From: Candidatus Limnocylindrales bacterium
GTDB taxonomy: Bacteria; Chloroflexota; Limnocylindria; Limnocylindrales; CSP1-4
Direction of reading: 5' to 3'
DNA: 64,000 nucleotides
NCBI GenBank assembly: GCA_036002525.1
Contig: DASYTG010000059.1
Span: 6,071-70,070, forward strand
The notes beneath the pieces were generated by a model that was given only the letters and a program-made list of their open reading frames with translations, had not been told where the DNA came from and made no database searches. This document shows, one piece after another, positions 25,556 to 34,634 of this stretch. The position numbers and the translations under genes were made by a program. Positions within the stretch are counted from its first letter, which is position 1; each line of letters opens with the position of its first letter.

Positions 25556-25699
25556 CCGAATTCCCGCCCGGTGGGACTGGGGGGACGAGAACGAGCGGCC
25601 GCCAGGCGCGCCTGTGCCTCGCTCCGCCGGCCGGGTTCCCACGGGAGTGATCACAACGGCGGCAGCTAGTTTGTCCGAGTCCCACCCGCGGGAATTCGG
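25556..25699. other. long-range inverted repeat (21 bp in two blocks) enclosing 99 nt (candidate 3'-UTR sRNA, terminator or MITE-like)
   Basis: CCGAATTCCCGC-CC-GGTGGGACT (25556-25578) pairs with AGTCCCACC-C-GCGGGAATTCGG (25678-25699). The interior is rich in short palindromes. It lies in a convergent gap after sodX. Confidence 0.4.
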
Positions 25700-25723
25700 T
25701 GACCGGGGGTGCTCGCGCGAACC

Positions 25724-26623
25724 TCAGACCGCGGCGCGGCCGGCGAGCAACAGCCCCGCCGCCACGCAATCCTCGGCGAACTGTTCCTGGACGTCGGGCT
25801 CCGTACCCCACCGAGTCGGGAAGCAGACGACCCGGTCGAGCCCGAGGTCGCACAGCCGGCCGAGGAAGTCGACCCGCTCCTGGCCCGGGACCTGGACGTC
25901 CAGATCACGTGCGTACAGCGACAGCCGGAGCGTCGCCGGATCGCGGCCCTCCTCCTCGCACCGCTGGCGGACGATCGGCTGGACCTCGGCGACCTCGTCC
26001 GGGGTCAGGAACACGAGGTTGAGCTCCTCGGCAAACCGGGCCGCGTAGCGGAACGTCACCCGCCGGCCGTTGCCGCCGACGACGATCGGGATCCGCGGCT
26101 GCTGCAGACCCTTCGGCTCGTTGATCGCCCCGCGGACATGGGCATGCTCGCCCACGAACGTCGCCCGCCCGGGTTCGAGCATCCGGCGGATGATCTCGAG
26201 GTGGTCGCCGAACGTCCGCATCCGCTCGGCCAGCGGCGGGAACCCGTAGCCGTAGGCGAGCCACTCGTCCTCCTTCCAGCCGGCCCCGATCCCGAGCTCG
26301 AATCGCCCGCCGCTGATGACGTCGATCGTCGACGCGAGCTTCGCGGTGAGCGCCGGGTTCCGGAACCCGGTGCACACGACCATGTGGCCGAGACGCACGC
26401 GCCCGGTGACCATCGCGAGCGCGGTGATCGTCGAGAACGACTCGAAAGTGATCTCGTCGGTCGGCTGGGGGACTGTGTGGAAGTGGTCGAACACCCAGAC
26501 CGATCCGAAGCCGAGCTCCTCGGCCTGGCGGGTGAGCTCGATCGTCCGCGCCCACGCGACGGCCGGGTCCCAGCCGTCGTACTCGCCCTTCCAGCCCTGC
26601 GGCACCATCAGGCCGACCTGCAT
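25724..26623 (-). CDS. LLM-class (luciferase-like) F420-dependent oxidoreductase
   Basis: MQVGLMVPQG...LGFGSVWVFDHF...GIGAGWKEDEW pattern of the luciferase-like monooxygenase family. Confidence 0.85.
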   Translation of the reverse strand: MQVGLMVPQGWKGEYDGWDPAVAWARTIELTRQAEELGFGSVWVFDHFHTVPQPTDEITFESFSTITALAMVTGRVRLGHMVVCTGFRNPALTAKLASTIDVISGGRFELGIGAGWKEDEWLAYGYGFPPLAERMRTFGDHLEIIRRMLEPGRATFVGEHAHVRGAINEPKGLQQPRIPIVVGGNGRRVTFRYAARFAEELNLVFLTPDEVAEVQPIVRQRCEEEGRDPATLRLSLYARDLDVQVPGQERVDFLGRLCDLGLDRVVCFPTRWGTEPDVQEQFAEDCVAAGLLLAGRAAV

Positions 26624-26720
26624 CCTCGTCCTCCGCTGCGTCGCCGGATCGTACGGGACGCGCGGGTCACGGCGCGCACAGGCGAGGACATGCGACTGAC
26701 GTCCGCGCTACAGTCCGGCG

Positions 26721-27938
26721 ATGGAAGGCTCGCGGGACCGCTCGCCCGCCCCCTTCGATCCGCACGCTCCGCTCCCGGCGCCGCCGGATCCGTGGGCCGG
26801 CTCGGACACGCCGTCCCAGCGAGCGGGCCCGCCGTACCACATGACCGACATGATCGCGGCCGAGCCCCATCTCGCCCGGCGCGTCCTCGGTCGGTTGCTC
26901 CAGCCGGGGTCACCGGCCGCGGAGCTCGCCTTTGTCGTCCGCGACACGGCCGGCCGGGGCCAGCCGATCGTCGTGACGGGCTGCGGAACGAGCGAGCATG
27001 GTGCCCAAGCGGCGGTCGAGATCCTGCGGGAGGCGCTCCGGAGCGTGGGTCTCGCCGGCGAGCCCGGCGCGATCGTCGCCGCGCAGGCGTTCGAGGCCTC
27101 GCTCGACCCGCAGTCACGCGGCCTCGTCGTCGGGGTCTCGCACGAGGGCGGGACCGGTGCGACGAACGCCGCGCTCGAAGCCGCCCGGGCGGCCGGCGCG
27201 CAGACTGCGCTGCTCACCGCCGGCGCGGGCTCACCCGGCGCGAAGCTGGCGGACGTCCTGGTCCCGACCGGCGAGATGGACCAGGGCTGGTGCCACACGG
27301 TCGGGTACGTGTCGCCGATCCTCGCCGCCGCGGCGGTCGGGGCGATCGTCTCGGGCCGCGACCTGGACCCGGGAGCGGTGTCCGACCTCATGGCCGCGGG
27401 CGCCCGCGACGAGGCGGGGGCGGAGTCCATCGCCGCCCGACTGGCGGACGGACGGCAGCTCCTCGCCATCGCTTCCGGGGCCGACCGGCCCGCCGCCCGT
27501 GAGCTCGTGCTCAAGGTCGAGGAGGCGTCGTGGCTGCCGTCGGCCTATCGCGACCTCGAGACGTTGCTCCACGGCCACCTTCCGGCAACGGACGATTCGA
27601 CGGCCCTCGTCCTCGTCCTGACGGACCGCGATCGCCGCTCGGAGCGCATCGCCCGCGCGCGGCAGGCCCTGGCGGCCGCCAGGGTCCTCGGGTTGCGAAC
27701 AGCCGCGATCCTCGCCAACCACGCTACAACGGAGATCGATGCGGACCTCACGCCGGCAGGCCGCCTCGTCGCCCCGGATGCGCCGTTCCTGCCGGCCCCG
27801 GTCGCCGCTCTGCTCGGCAGCGCGACGCCACTCCAGCTGCTCACCGAGCGCCTCGCCCGCGCCCGCGGGACGAACCCCGATCCGATCCGGCGCGACGATC
27901 CGCGTTACCGGGAGGCAGCCGAAGCCGCAGAGCGGTAG
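26721..27938 (+). CDS. SIS-domain protein (GlmS C-terminal-like sugar-phosphate binding)
   Basis: VVTGCGTSEHGA and GVSHEGGT SIS motifs in two tandem SIS-like halves. Start not verified. Confidence 0.7.
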   Translation: MEGSRDRSPAPFDPHAPLPAPPDPWAGSDTPSQRAGPPYHMTDMIAAEPHLARRVLGRLLQPGSPAAELAFVVRDTAGRGQPIVVTGCGTSEHGAQAAVEILREALRSVGLAGEPGAIVAAQAFEASLDPQSRGLVVGVSHEGGTGATNAALEAARAAGAQTALLTAGAGSPGAKLADVLVPTGEMDQGWCHTVGYVSPILAAAAVGAIVSGRDLDPGAVSDLMAAGARDEAGAESIAARLADGRQLLAIASGADRPAARELVLKVEEASWLPSAYRDLETLLHGHLPATDDSTALVLVLTDRDRRSERIARARQALAAARVLGLRTAAILANHATTEIDADLTPAGRLVAPDAPFLPAPVAALLGSATPLQLLTERLARARGTNPDPIRRDDPRYREAAEAAER

Positions 27939-27951
27939 CCAGCCCGGGCCG

Positions 27952-28929
27952 CTACGCCCGCCCGACGAGCTCCCGCCCCATCAGCTCGATCATCTTCAGG
28001 TCCCGCGGCACGAAGTCCTGGAGCATGATCCGCTCGACGCCGGCCTCCGCGAAGCGGGCCAGCATCGCCCGGGCCTCGTCCGGCGTGCCCACGACCCAGC
28101 GCGTCCGCCGCTCGTCGAGCCAGCCCTCGCCGGCCTTCACCTCGAGCGCCTCGAGGAGCGCCCGCTCACGCTGCTGGACCTCGCGCTTGTTCGCCCCGAT
28201 GAGCACGCCGGCCATCGCCGAGCGCCCGATCGTCGCCGGATCGCGGCCGGCCGCGCGACACGCGTCTGCGAGGGCTGCGTACTTGGCCCCGGCCGTCTCC
28301 GGCCGGGCCGAGCTGAGGTTGAACTCGTCGGCGTACTTCGCCGCGATCCGCATCGAGCGTGGCTTGCCGTCTCCACCGACGATGATCCGCGGCCGGACCG
28401 CGCCGGAGGCGGTCCTCGGACGCCCCGGGGCGTCGACCGGCTTCGGGCGAAAGAGCGCGTCCTCGATCTTGTAGTGCTTGCCCCGGAAGCTCCACCCGTC
28501 CGGCTCGGTCCACAGGCCGTGGAGGATCGCCAGCTGCTCCTCGAGCATGTCGGCCCGCTCGCCGATGTCGGGGAACGGGAAGCCGTGGCGGCGATGCTCG
28601 TCCTCGTGCCAGCCCGCCCCGAGGCCCACCTCGATCCGTCCCCCGCTCATCTCGTCGACCGTGGTCACGACCTTCGCGAAGTTGCCGGGCAAGCGGAACG
28701 TCACCGGCGACACGAGCGATCCGAGCGCGATCCGCGTCGTATCCCGGGCGAGGCCCGCGAGGACCGCCCAGGCGTCGGTGGTCGGGTTGTCGGGCGGGCC
28801 GGGAAAGCTCTCGTAGTGGTCCGACCGGAAGAGCGCCTCGAAGCCGGAGTCCTCGGCGGTCCGGGCGATGTCGAGCTGCTCGGCATAGCTCAGGCCCTGC
28901 TGGGGCTCGATCATCAGCGCGAAACGCAT
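27952..28929 (-). CDS. LLM-class F420-dependent oxidoreductase
   Basis: MRFALMIEPQQGLSY...FEALFRSDHY...GLGAGWHEDEH, as in the TIGR03560-like LLM subfamily. Confidence 0.85.
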   Translation of the reverse strand: MRFALMIEPQQGLSYAEQLDIARTAEDSGFEALFRSDHYESFPGPPDNPTTDAWAVLAGLARDTTRIALGSLVSPVTFRLPGNFAKVVTTVDEMSGGRIEVGLGAGWHEDEHRRHGFPFPDIGERADMLEEQLAILHGLWTEPDGWSFRGKHYKIEDALFRPKPVDAPGRPRTASGAVRPRIIVGGDGKPRSMRIAAKYADEFNLSSARPETAGAKYAALADACRAAGRDPATIGRSAMAGVLIGANKREVQQRERALLEALEVKAGEGWLDERRTRWVVGTPDEARAMLARFAEAGVERIMLQDFVPRDLKMIELMGRELVGRA

Positions 28930-28958
28930 CGGCCTGGCCTCCCGTTCGAGCTCGTCGC

Positions 28959-28992
28959 TTGACAGATACTTCGCTGCAGGCGAATACTTCGC
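28959..28992 (+). promoter_or_regulatory. candidate MarR promoter/operator
   Basis: TTGACA (28959-28964) is followed by the 9-bp direct repeat ATACTTCGC at 28966 and 28984. A TTCGC-N5-GCGAA inverted repeat lies between the copies. Confidence 0.35.
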
Positions 28993-29032
28993 GTCATGCG
29001 TACCATCTACCCGACGCGAAGGATCGCCTGAG

Positions 29033-29584
29033 GTGGCCGGCCTGGCTACGCCGCCCGGTCAGCGCGAGCTGATCGGGGACATCATCGCCCAATTCCGGTC
29101 CGCGTTCGGCGAGCTGCGGTGCATCGGCAGCCAGCGGCTCCTCCACCGCGGCGTCAGTGCCGGGCATCTCCACGTCGCATCGATGCTCGAGCGGCACGGC
29201 GGGATGCCGATGAGCGGGATCGCCGACGTCCTCGACGTCTCGCTGTCCGCTGCGACGGGCATCGTCGATCGGATGGAGGAACGAGGGCTCATCGAGCGGA
29301 CGCGAGTCGCCGACGACCGACGGGTGGTCTTCGTCCAGGTCACCGAACATGGGCGACGAATGCTCGAAGACCTCGAGGTGCTCCGCAGCGAGATGCTTCG
29401 AGCGGTCCTCGGACGGCTCAGCCCGGAGCGGCTCCAGGCGCTGGCCGCGACCCTGGACGACGTTCGCAGCGCGGTCGACGAGGCAATCCGGGCCGAGCCG
29501 GAGCTGTTCGACCACCGCCACCACGCCCACGACCGGGAGCCGGGCTCCCGGGCCAACCACCAGACGACCGAAGGAACTGCCTGA
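29033..29584 (+). CDS. MarR-family transcriptional regulator
   Basis: Winged HTH motif LSAATGIVDRMEERGLIERTRVADDRRVVFVQVTEHG. Its stop overlaps the start of the MFS gene. Confidence 0.8.
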   Translation: MAGLATPPGQRELIGDIIAQFRSAFGELRCIGSQRLLHRGVSAGHLHVASMLERHGGMPMSGIADVLDVSLSAATGIVDRMEERGLIERTRVADDRRVVFVQVTEHGRRMLEDLEVLRSEMLRAVLGRLSPERLQALAATLDDVRSAVDEAIRAEPELFDHRHHAHDREPGSRANHQTTEGTA

Positions 29585-31299
29585 TGGAATCGTTCCCCGC
29601 CGACGCCGAGCGCACCGGACAAGCGCCCTCCCTCGAGGAAGACCCCGCCCTTGGGCTGCCGCACCGGGCGAAGATGGAGATCCTCTTCGCGGTGATGCTC
29701 GGGCTGTTCCTCGGCGCGCTCGACCAGACCATCGTCGGACCCGCGCTGCCGACCGTCGTGACCCACCTGTCCGGCAACGACATCTACGTCTGGGCGGTGA
29801 CGATCTACCTGCTCACGAGCACCGTCAGCGTCCCGTTCTGGGGCAAGCTCTCGGACATCTACGGCCGCAAGCCGGTCTTCATGATCGGCATCGTCATCTT
29901 CCTCGTCGGCTCCGCGCTGTCGGGGCTGTCGCAGAACATGACCCAGCTCATCCTGTTCCGGGGCATCCAGGGCATCGGAGCGGGCTCGCTCTTCCCCGTC
30001 GCCCTGGCCGTCATCGGCGACCTCTTCACGCCGGCCGAGCGCGGCCGGTACCAGGGCCTGTTCGGCGCCGTCTTCGGGATCGCGTTCATCGTCGGGCCGC
30101 TTGTCGGCGGATACCTGACCGAGAACATCAGCTGGCACTGGATCTTCTACGTCAACGTCCCGATCGGCCTGCTCTCGCTGTACTTCATCTGGCGGCTGCT
30201 GCCGACCGTGAAGAATGCCCGGGCCACCCGCAACTTCGACGTCATCGGCGGCACGATCTTCACGGCCGCCGTCAGCGTCCTGCTGATCGGGCTGACCAAC
30301 AAGCAGTTCGGCGACTGGACGGATCCCGACGTCGGCGGGCTCATCCTCGTGTCGCTCGTGGGGATCGTCCTGTTCATCCTGGCCGAGGCCCGGGCAAAGG
30401 AGCCGATCGTCCCGCTCCACCTTTTCCGGAGCCGGACATATTCGAGCTCGATGGTCGCGACGTTCTTCGCCAGCTTCGCGTTCTTCGGCGCGATCATCTT
30501 CCTGCCCCGCTGGTTCCAGTTCGTCCACGGCTTCACCCCGACGTGGTCCGGGCTCGCGGCGCTGCCGCTCATGGTCGGGCTGATCGGCTCCTCGATCGCG
30601 TCGGGCATCTACGTCGCCCGGACCGGCCGCTACAAGTGGGTGACGGTCGGGGCGATCGTCGTCATGGGGATCGCGACGGCTCTCATGACGCAACTCCGGG
30701 CCGAGACGCCGCTGCCGATCGTGTGGCTGTGGATGCTCATCGCCGGGCTCGGCATCGGCCCCACGTTCGCGGTCTTCACGATCGTCGTCCAGAACGCCGT
30801 GCCGTTCCGGTACCTTGGCGTCGCCACCTCCAACCTGACGTTCTTCCGCCAGATCGGCGGGTCCGTCGCGCTGGCGATCGTCGGCACGATCTTCGGGACC
30901 TCGTTCCAGGAGCAGCTCGTACCGCAGATGACCGCCGCCGGCGTGCCGGCCCAGGTGATCGCGGGGTTCAACCAGGCCGCCGCCAGCGGCGCGATCGACT
31001 TCAACAGGCTGACCGCCGTCGGCGACCTGGGCCGGTCGATCCTGTCCTCGATCCCGGAGGCGTTCCGCCCGGCGATCGAGCCGTCCATCCCGAACATTGT
31101 CGCGGGCATCCACCAGGCGTTCAGCCTCGGCGTCGCCGCGACGTTCTGGATCGGCGTCGTCGCGGCAGCGATCGCGGCGCTCGCCGCGGCCGCGATGCGT
31201 GAGCTGCCCCTCCGGTCCGGCTCGGGGCGCGAGGCGCGCGCGCCCAGCGCGGAAAGCCGTGAGGCGAGGCCCCTGACCAGGGCGCCGGCGGCCGACTGA
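29584..31299 (+). CDS. MFS transporter, DHA2 (EmrB/QacA-like, 14-TM) drug:H+ antiporter type
   Basis: LDQTIVGPALP, GKLSDIYGRKP and ILFRGIQGIGAG motifs. ATG 29584 overlaps the MarR TGA. Confidence 0.85.
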   Translation: MESFPADAERTGQAPSLEEDPALGLPHRAKMEILFAVMLGLFLGALDQTIVGPALPTVVTHLSGNDIYVWAVTIYLLTSTVSVPFWGKLSDIYGRKPVFMIGIVIFLVGSALSGLSQNMTQLILFRGIQGIGAGSLFPVALAVIGDLFTPAERGRYQGLFGAVFGIAFIVGPLVGGYLTENISWHWIFYVNVPIGLLSLYFIWRLLPTVKNARATRNFDVIGGTIFTAAVSVLLIGLTNKQFGDWTDPDVGGLILVSLVGIVLFILAEARAKEPIVPLHLFRSRTYSSSMVATFFASFAFFGAIIFLPRWFQFVHGFTPTWSGLAALPLMVGLIGSSIASGIYVARTGRYKWVTVGAIVVMGIATALMTQLRAETPLPIVWLWMLIAGLGIGPTFAVFTIVVQNAVPFRYLGVATSNLTFFRQIGGSVALAIVGTIFGTSFQEQLVPQMTAAGVPAQVIAGFNQAAASGAIDFNRLTAVGDLGRSILSSIPEAFRPAIEPSIPNIVAGIHQAFSLGVAATFWIGVVAAAIAALAAAAMRELPLRSGSGREARAPSAESREARPLTRAPAAD

Positions 31300-31343
31300 G
31301 GCTTCGGCGCCCGGTAACCGGGAGACCGGCTAGGATCGGCGTC

Positions 31344-31826
31344 ATGGACGTTGGCCCGGCGCCGGTCCGGCCCGATCTCGTCGCTCCCGGCACGACCCCC
31401 GAGCGGTTCGAGCCGGTGCTCGGCGTCGCGGATCTCCCGGAGGGAGCGATGCGTCGCGTGACGCGCGGGGACCTCGACATCCTGCTCGCCCACACGCCGG
31501 ACGGGATCGTCGCGGTCGACGATCGCTGCCCGCACATGTCCGCTCCGTTGTCGCTCGGCACGCTCGACGGCTGCGTCGTCGCGTGTCCCCTCCACGAGGG
31601 CCAGTTCGACCTGCGCTCGGGCGAGCCGGTCCGGATGCCGACGACCGGCGGCCTCGACCCGGACGGCCGTTATCACCCGACGTGGTCGCCGGCCGGCAAG
31701 GAGCCGAAGGTCGACCCGCCGGGCCTGAAGGCCGAGGCGCGCCGGCTGACCCGCGTCCGCCGCTTCCGCTACTACCCGGTCCGCGTCGTCGACGGGCAGA
31801 TCGAGGTCGCGCTGCCCGAGCGTTAG
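31344..31826 (+). CDS. Rieske [2Fe-2S] domain protein
   Basis: Rieske ligand boxes CPHMSAPL ... CPLHEGQF. Confidence 0.8.
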   Translation: MDVGPAPVRPDLVAPGTTPERFEPVLGVADLPEGAMRRVTRGDLDILLAHTPDGIVAVDDRCPHMSAPLSLGTLDGCVVACPLHEGQFDLRSGEPVRMPTTGGLDPDGRYHPTWSPAGKEPKVDPPGLKAEARRLTRVRRFRYYPVRVVDGQIEVALPER

Positions 31827-32686
31827 CTCTCGGCCTGCTCCGGCCGGGTCGGGGCTGCCGTCGCGGCCTCTGCCTCGGGAATGGCCGCGGTCCTGGGCGC
31901 CGTCGCGGCCGCCTGCCGCCGTCGTTCGGTCACGTAGGCGTTGATGACCTGGCAGGCCTCGGCCGGGTCGTCGGTTATCCGCAGCAGGTCGACGTCCTCC
32001 GGGTTGATCGTCGCCTCCCGCACGAGCGTCGCGCGGATCCAGTCGAGGAGCGGTCTCCAGTAGCTCCCGCCCATCAGGATGACCGGGAAGTTGAGGATCT
32101 TCTTCGTCTGGATCAGGGTGAGCGCCTCGAACAGCTCGTCGAGCGTGCCATAGCCGCCGGGAAAGATGACGAACGCGTCGGCGTACTTCACGAACATCAC
32201 CTTCCGGACGAAGAAGTAGCGGAACTCCACCCCGAGGTCGACGTACGGGTTGAGCCCCTGCTCCATCGGCAGCTCGATGTTGCAGCCCACCGACAGGCCG
32301 CCGCCCTCCTGGCAGCCCCGATTGGCCGCTTCCATGATTCCCGGCCCGCCGCCGGTGACCACCGCGTAGCCCTGCAGCGCGAGCAGCCGGCCGAGCTCGC
32401 GGGCCAGCTTGTAGTTGTGATGGTCGGGCTTCGTCCTCGCGGAGCCGAACACGCTGACCGCCGGGCCGACGGCCGCGAGCGCATCGAAGCCTTCCACGAA
32501 CTCGGACTGGATCCGGAGAACCCGCCATGGATCCGAGTCGAGGAAGTCGGGCCGAGTCGGGCGCTCGAGGAGTCGCTGGTCCTCGGTCCGGCGGGCACGG
32601 CGCGTCGCCTGGTGTTCCTTGTCGGCCCGAACCGTGACGCGACCGCTGCGCTTCCGTCGCGCGACCCGGCCGTCCTTGTCGCTCAT
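31823..32686 (-). CDS. LOG-family (TIGR00730) nucleotide 5'-monophosphate nucleosidase
   Basis: GGGPGIMEA and PGGYGTLDEL motifs. Confidence 0.85.
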   Translation of the reverse strand: MSDKDGRVARRKRSGRVTVRADKEHQATRRARRTEDQRLLERPTRPDFLDSDPWRVLRIQSEFVEGFDALAAVGPAVSVFGSARTKPDHHNYKLARELGRLLALQGYAVVTGGGPGIMEAANRGCQEGGGLSVGCNIELPMEQGLNPYVDLGVEFRYFFVRKVMFVKYADAFVIFPGGYGTLDELFEALTLIQTKKILNFPVILMGGSYWRPLLDWIRATLVREATINPEDVDLLRITDDPAEACQVINAYVTERRRQAAATAPRTAAIPEAEAATAAPTRPEQAES

Positions 32687-32715
32687 GTGGCTAGGATGCC
32701 ATCGGGAGGTCGCCG

Positions 32716-32904
32716 TTGTACCGCATGCATCCGGTGGTGGGTTTCGTCCTCATTGCTGTCGGGGCGGTCTGGATCGGCCAGGGCCTGGGCTTGCTCCGCG
32801 GCAGCAGCTTCATGGTCGACGACGTTCGGTGGGCGGTCGCCGGGGCGGTCTGTGTCGTGGTCGGCGCCGCGGGACTCTGGGCGTCGCGGCGGCGACCGTC
32901 ATGA
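32716..32904 (+). CDS. small two-TM membrane protein (hypothetical)
   Basis: 62 aa. FVLIAVGAVWIGQGLGLLRGSSFM resembles a small actinobacterial membrane-protein family. TTG start (alternative ATG 32725). Confidence 0.45.
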   Translation: MYRMHPVVGFVLIAVGAVWIGQGLGLLRGSSFMVDDVRWAVAGAVCVVVGAAGLWASRRRPS

Positions 32905-33771
32905 CCGGTCGAGCGCCCGCATCTTCCGGAGCTCTGCCTCGGCGTAGGCCCGACGCAGCCCCGGCAGGACCGTCGCAGCGACGCCGGCCGTGATCCCGCC
33001 GAGGAGCAGGCAGGTGTAGGCGACCGGCGATGGCTGGCCGGTCAGGAACGCGGTCACGCCGGCGACGATCAGGCCCGCGCCGATAGCGACGCCCGCCTTG
33101 ACCGCCCCCAGGACCGCGCGCGGCGCGCGACGGCGTGCGGCGAGCCAGCCGATCGTCCCGCCGGCGATTCCGAGAGCTCCGCCGGCGAGCCCGCCGACCA
33201 GGCCGACGAGCTGGTCGATCGATGGACCCGATCCGACGGCGGCCGGCCGATCGCCGGCAGCGAGGCGGACGAGACGGACCGGGCCGACGGCCACCGTGCC
33301 GGCGCCCGGGAGAACGAGGTTGAGCTCGAGTCGTCGTGGGCCGCCCTCGCCGGCCAGCACGAACGGCAGCTCGAACGGTCGCCAGCCCGACGTGCCGGTG
33401 ACGGCCGCGAGTGGGCCGTCGGCCGCGAGCGTCCGCGAGAAGTAGCGCCCGCCGTCGGGGAACTCGCTCCACAGCTCGAGGTAGCCCTGCCCGGCGACGT
33501 CCGTGTACCGGACGTCGCCGCGAAGCGCGTAACCCACGGTTCCGAGATCCGGCGGTTCGATCACGGCCAGCGGGAACAGCCCACCGTTCGACGTCGCGAC
33601 CTCGACGGCGCCGTCTACCACCGTCCCCGACAGCGGGGTCGCGGTGCGCCAGTCGAGCTCGAGGACCGTGGACTCGGCGAGGCCCGGCCCCGCGGCGCTC
33701 AGCGTGACCGCGATTGCGGCCAGGGACGCGACGATCGGAGGGCGCAATCCGGCGGTCCGTCGCCTGTCCAT
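32899..33771 (-). CDS. membrane protein: signal anchor, ~170-aa beta-rich exported domain, three C-terminal TM segments
   Basis: ATG 33771 overlaps the upstream stop (TGATG). No family motif recognised. G/C predominates at third codon positions. Confidence 0.6.
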   Translation of the reverse strand: MDRRRTAGLRPPIVASLAAIAVTLSAAGPGLAESTVLELDWRTATPLSGTVVDGAVEVATSNGGLFPLAVIEPPDLGTVGYALRGDVRYTDVAGQGYLELWSEFPDGGRYFSRTLAADGPLAAVTGTSGWRPFELPFVLAGEGGPRRLELNLVLPGAGTVAVGPVRLVRLAAGDRPAAVGSGPSIDQLVGLVGGLAGGALGIAGGTIGWLAARRRAPRAVLGAVKAGVAIGAGLIVAGVTAFLTGQPSPVAYTCLLLGGITAGVAATVLPGLRRAYAEAELRKMRALDRS

Positions 33772-34070
33772 CACCCGCCGGCCGACTCCGCGTAGGCCTC
33801 GAGCAGGAGCCGAAACGTCTCGTCGTCCAGCTGTCCATCCGCGTACGCCATCCGGAGTCGCAGCTCGAAGGGCGACACGGCGGTGTGCTCGTCGATCAGT
33901 CGGATCTTCTCGATCAGGCGGTCGAGGCGCAGTCGGATCGTGGGGTACGAGATGCCGTACTCCTGGGCCAGCAGCTTGAGCGTGCCCGAGGCGAGAACGA
34001 AGCGCTTGAGGAAGGCGAGGTCCTCGGGCGAGAGATCGTCGATCCATCGTCGGTCCACCGTTGGGCTCAT
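33771..34070 (-). CDS. DUF2089-like HTH protein with a SHOCT-like C-terminus
   Basis: LSPEDLAFLKRFVLASGTLKLLAQEYGISYPTIRLRLDRLIEKI matches the DUF2089 HTH region. It lacks the usual N-terminal zinc ribbon. Confidence 0.7.
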   Translation of the reverse strand: MSPTVDRRWIDDLSPEDLAFLKRFVLASGTLKLLAQEYGISYPTIRLRLDRLIEKIRLIDEHTAVSPFELRLRMAYADGQLDDETFRLLLEAYAESAGG

Positions 34071-34103
34071 CGGATCCGGGCAAGAAAGTTCAACGTGAGT
34101 TTC

Positions 34104-34131
34104 ACTTTATCAAGAACGAAGTGCATGTCAA
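34104..34131 (-). promoter_or_regulatory. candidate promoter of the DUF2089 two-gene module
   Basis: On the minus strand: TTGACA (34131-34126), a 16-nt spacer, then TAAAGT (34109-34104). This is an unusually AT-rich 105-bp gap. Confidence 0.4.
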
Positions 34132-34176
34132 GCTGCCGATTCTGGAAGGCGGTTCCAGGGTGCACCGTCGAGTCGG

Positions 34177-34593
34177 TCAGCCCTGGGCTTCGAGGAGCGC
34201 CTTCCAGGCCGCCTCGTCGCGTCCGGCCGCGAACCGGTTCCCGGCTCGAACGAGCGGCAGCCGAAGGAGTCGCTGGTCGGCGAGGAGCCGCTCGGCCAGC
34301 TCGGCGTCGTCCATCCGGAGATAGCCCAGGCCGGCGTCCCGCCAGGCCTTTCCGTCCGTGTCGGCCACCGCCCGCGCTCCGAGCCGCTGTACGAACCGGC
34401 GGAGCTCGCCCGCGGCCATCGGGCGCTTCTTGAGGTCGGCGAACTGGACGGCGATCCGCCGCTCCTTGAAGAAGCGCAGCGCCGCCCGGGTCGACTGGTC
34501 ACCCTCGAGGCCGAAGACCTGGACCGGGGTGCCGGACGGGAGGGTGCCGGACGGGACGGAAGACACGGCCGCAGCGTACCCGTCACCCGGCAC
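34177..34593 (-). CDS. ArsC/Spx/YffB-family protein (no catalytic Cys seen)
   Basis: VQVFGLEGDQSTRAALRFFKERRI...LRLPLV matches the family pattern. The start codon is uncertain. Confidence 0.6.
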   Translation of the reverse strand: MPGDGYAAAVSSVPSGTLPSGTPVQVFGLEGDQSTRAALRFFKERRIAVQFADLKKRPMAAGELRRFVQRLGARAVADTDGKAWRDAGLGYLRMDDAELAERLLADQRLLRLPLVRAGNRFAAGRDEAAWKALLEAQG

Positions 34594-34634
34594 CCGCGGC
34601 GGGTACCATCGAGCCGACAGGAGGAGGTGACCCG

